This document shows, in pieces, positions 48,101-50,656 of a stretch of DNA of 50,656 nucleotides. The notes beneath the pieces are model-generated. The model was given only the letters and a program-made list of their open reading frames with translations, made no database searches and was not told the origin of the DNA. Position 1 is the first letter of the stretch. Every line of letters starts with the position of its first letter. A program made the translations under genes and the position numbers. The DNA is from Octopus bimaculoides (taxonomy: Eukaryota). The stretch is taken from the NCBI RefSeq assembly GCF_001194135.2, contig NC_069001.1, positions 31,963,251 to 32,013,906 of the forward strand, in the 5' to 3' direction.

Positions 48101-50028
48101 TGGTGTGTACGATGTGATGTATGGTGTATTGTGTATTGCACTGCTGGACTGACTCCTGTGCAGGTGGCACGTAAAAACACCATTTGAGCGTTGCCATTAC
48201 TGCCAGACTGGTCCTCGTGCCAGTGGCACGTAAAAGCACCCACTACACTCTCGGAGTGGTTGGCGTTAGGAAGGGCATCCAGCTGTAGAAACTCTGCCAG
48301 ATCAGATTGGAGCCTGGTGCAGTCATCTGGTTCGCCAGTTCTCAGTCATAGACCCCCAACTAATTTGCAATTAACTGCAGAACACTCTCAGTGAATAAAT
48401 ACCTCAATTTCAAGAATTAAATGTGGTTTGTGAAGTTCATATTTATTACCATATACATACATACATACAATGCCAGACACACACATAATGTAAGACAGAC
48501 TGGCAGATAGACAGGGAGACAGACAGACACACACACACACATAGACATAGATAGATACATACATACATACATACATAGAATGACAGACAGACGGACGGAC
48601 AGATAACTACTGGGTGTTCATGAATGTGATTCAAGTGGGGAGGATGAGGCTGTAAGTGCATCGGTGGTGGTAGTAGGGGGCGATGATCTGAAGAGAAAAA
48701 ACAACTGAATGAGAAACAGATGAAAGCGAAGTGGGGACTAGATGGTGGCGGCGATGGTGATGGGGTAATAAGATAACGGGGTCACGTAGAAAACAAAAAC
48801 ATGTGCCACTTAGATGACATGGAAGAGAAATGGGTGGCGAAGAAGACACGAGACAAAGATTGATACACGCACGATGATAAGTGTGTATACATTATACACA
48901 AGTATATACGCATTCACGCAACACGGAGGAGCAAATACGAGTGTGTGTGTGTGTGTGGTATGATGATGATGATGATGATGATAATAATACTAATAAACTG
49001 TCACATACATACACACACACACAACCACATATGCACGAGCAAACAAATACATGCGCACAGGTTTGTACACAGACGCACGCACAGACACATACGTATGCTC
49101 CTGTGTGTGTTTATATATACACGCACATACAATCAATATATATATATATATATGCGAGTAAAAATAAATACAAAAAAGGTGGGGTTTTTTTGTATGATTG
49201 TGTATAGAGGAATATATTATTTTGCTTAAAAGAGTTCCAACACTGTCTGTTTTTTATGTTTTATTTATATTCCTGCAGAACTAATGTGGGGTATAGAATA
49301 TGGAATATACAATATATAATATGATATACAATATACAATATAAAATAAAATAAAANNNNNNNNNNNNNNNNNNNNNNNNNNNNNNNNNNNNNNNNNNNNN
49401 NNNNNNNNNNNNNNNNNNNNNNNNNNNNNNNNNNNNNNNNNNNNNNNNNNNNNNNNNNNNNNNNNNNNNNNNNNNNNNNNNNNNNNNNNNNNNNNNNNNN
49501 NNNNNNNNNNNNNNNNNNNNNNNNNNNNNNNNNNNNNNNNNNNNNNNNNNNNNNNNNNNNNNNNNNNNNNNNNNNNNNNNNNNNNNNNNNNNNNNNNNNN
49601 NNNNNNNNNNNNNNNNNNNNNNNNNNNNNNNNNNNNNNNNNNNNNNNNNNNNNNNNNNNNNNNNNNNNNNNNNTATATATATATATATATATATATCAAA
49701 TAAGATCCAATCCAGACTGCATCGTCTTCATTTTGACAATTTCGATTAGCTGATATTGTTGGAGTCGTCTCCCCTGCCTGTTTTTTCTGTTTTGTCTTAT
49801 TGCAAAGACGTAAATAAAATGATAGTTAAACGAAGGTTTTCTGGTCACTATTATAAATGTTGATTTACTGTACGTGTATACACGCCCAAACACACATAGA
49901 TATATGCATGTACACACGTTGCATGTTTATCTTTTATAAACATGTAATGTATACTGTGTGTAAATATATATATATATACACATACATACATTTATACATA
50001 CAAAATATATACATATATACACGCAATT

Positions 50029-50082
<54 letters not shown>

Positions 50083-50656
50083 AGTACACATCTATATACA
50101 GGTATACATACATATGTATTTCATTTTTTTCATTTTATCTAGTTTCAGCTCATGAGCTGTGGCCATGCTGGGGTACCGCCATGTATGTATACATATATAT
50201 GTATGTATGCACACATACATACATACAATGTGCCATTGTATATGTTTGTAATAAATACATTTTGGACAAAATGTGTGTGTGCGTGCATACACTTGTATGT
50301 GTGTATCTCTATATTCGTGTGTGTGTGTGTGTGTGTGTGTCTTCTGGCTCCCCACGTCTTGAACAGCACGCTCTCTTGTGTGAAGAGCCTGGTTTCTGAT
50401 AGCGAAAAATGTCCTACAGTAAGTGTTGAGACGATCATCAGAACACCAAGAGATATCTTGACAAGTATCAGTGATTTAACACAGGCACAAACCTCGGCTA
50501 TATCTAGAGGAGGGGCGAAGACAGCAAATGCTTTCTCCCCACCCGTGGGTGGTGAGGTGTGTGCATATGTATGTATGTATGTATGTATACACATACAAAC
50601 GTGTATATATATGTGTGTGTATACATATATATGTATATATATATATATATATATAT

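Overview
Eukaryotic, AT-rich, repeat-dense genomic DNA with 12 assembly gaps. The SINE/LINE content, microsatellite load and protein sequences suggest an octopod cephalopod (inference, not database-checked). Two head-to-head protein-coding genes were reconstructed by hand from splice sites and reading phase. (1) ANAPC2 (APC/C cullin-like subunit) is complete on the + strand: 12 coding exons, 30201-43312, 2370 nt, 789 aa plus stop, all introns GT-AG and phase-consistent. (2) MAP3K7/TAK1 on the - strand shows only its first two coding exons (26402-26355 and 18898-18719); the rest lies left of the window or inside a gap. The remainder is intronic or intergenic: several tRNA-derived SINE families, RTE-clade LINE fragments and many copies of their 3' tail, an internally deleted mariner and a related perfect-TIR MITE just after the ANAPC2 stop, TTAA-flanked (piggyBac-like) and hAT-like MITEs, mini- and microsatellites. 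The most interesting non-genic signal is a set of minimal hammerhead-ribozyme-like motifs of the type known from Penelope-like retroelements; one (47585-47619) is nearly canonical. No CRISPR array, rRNA or intact tRNA gene was found, and nothing here demonstrates a wholly new biological system. The findings are locus-level observations that can be tested.
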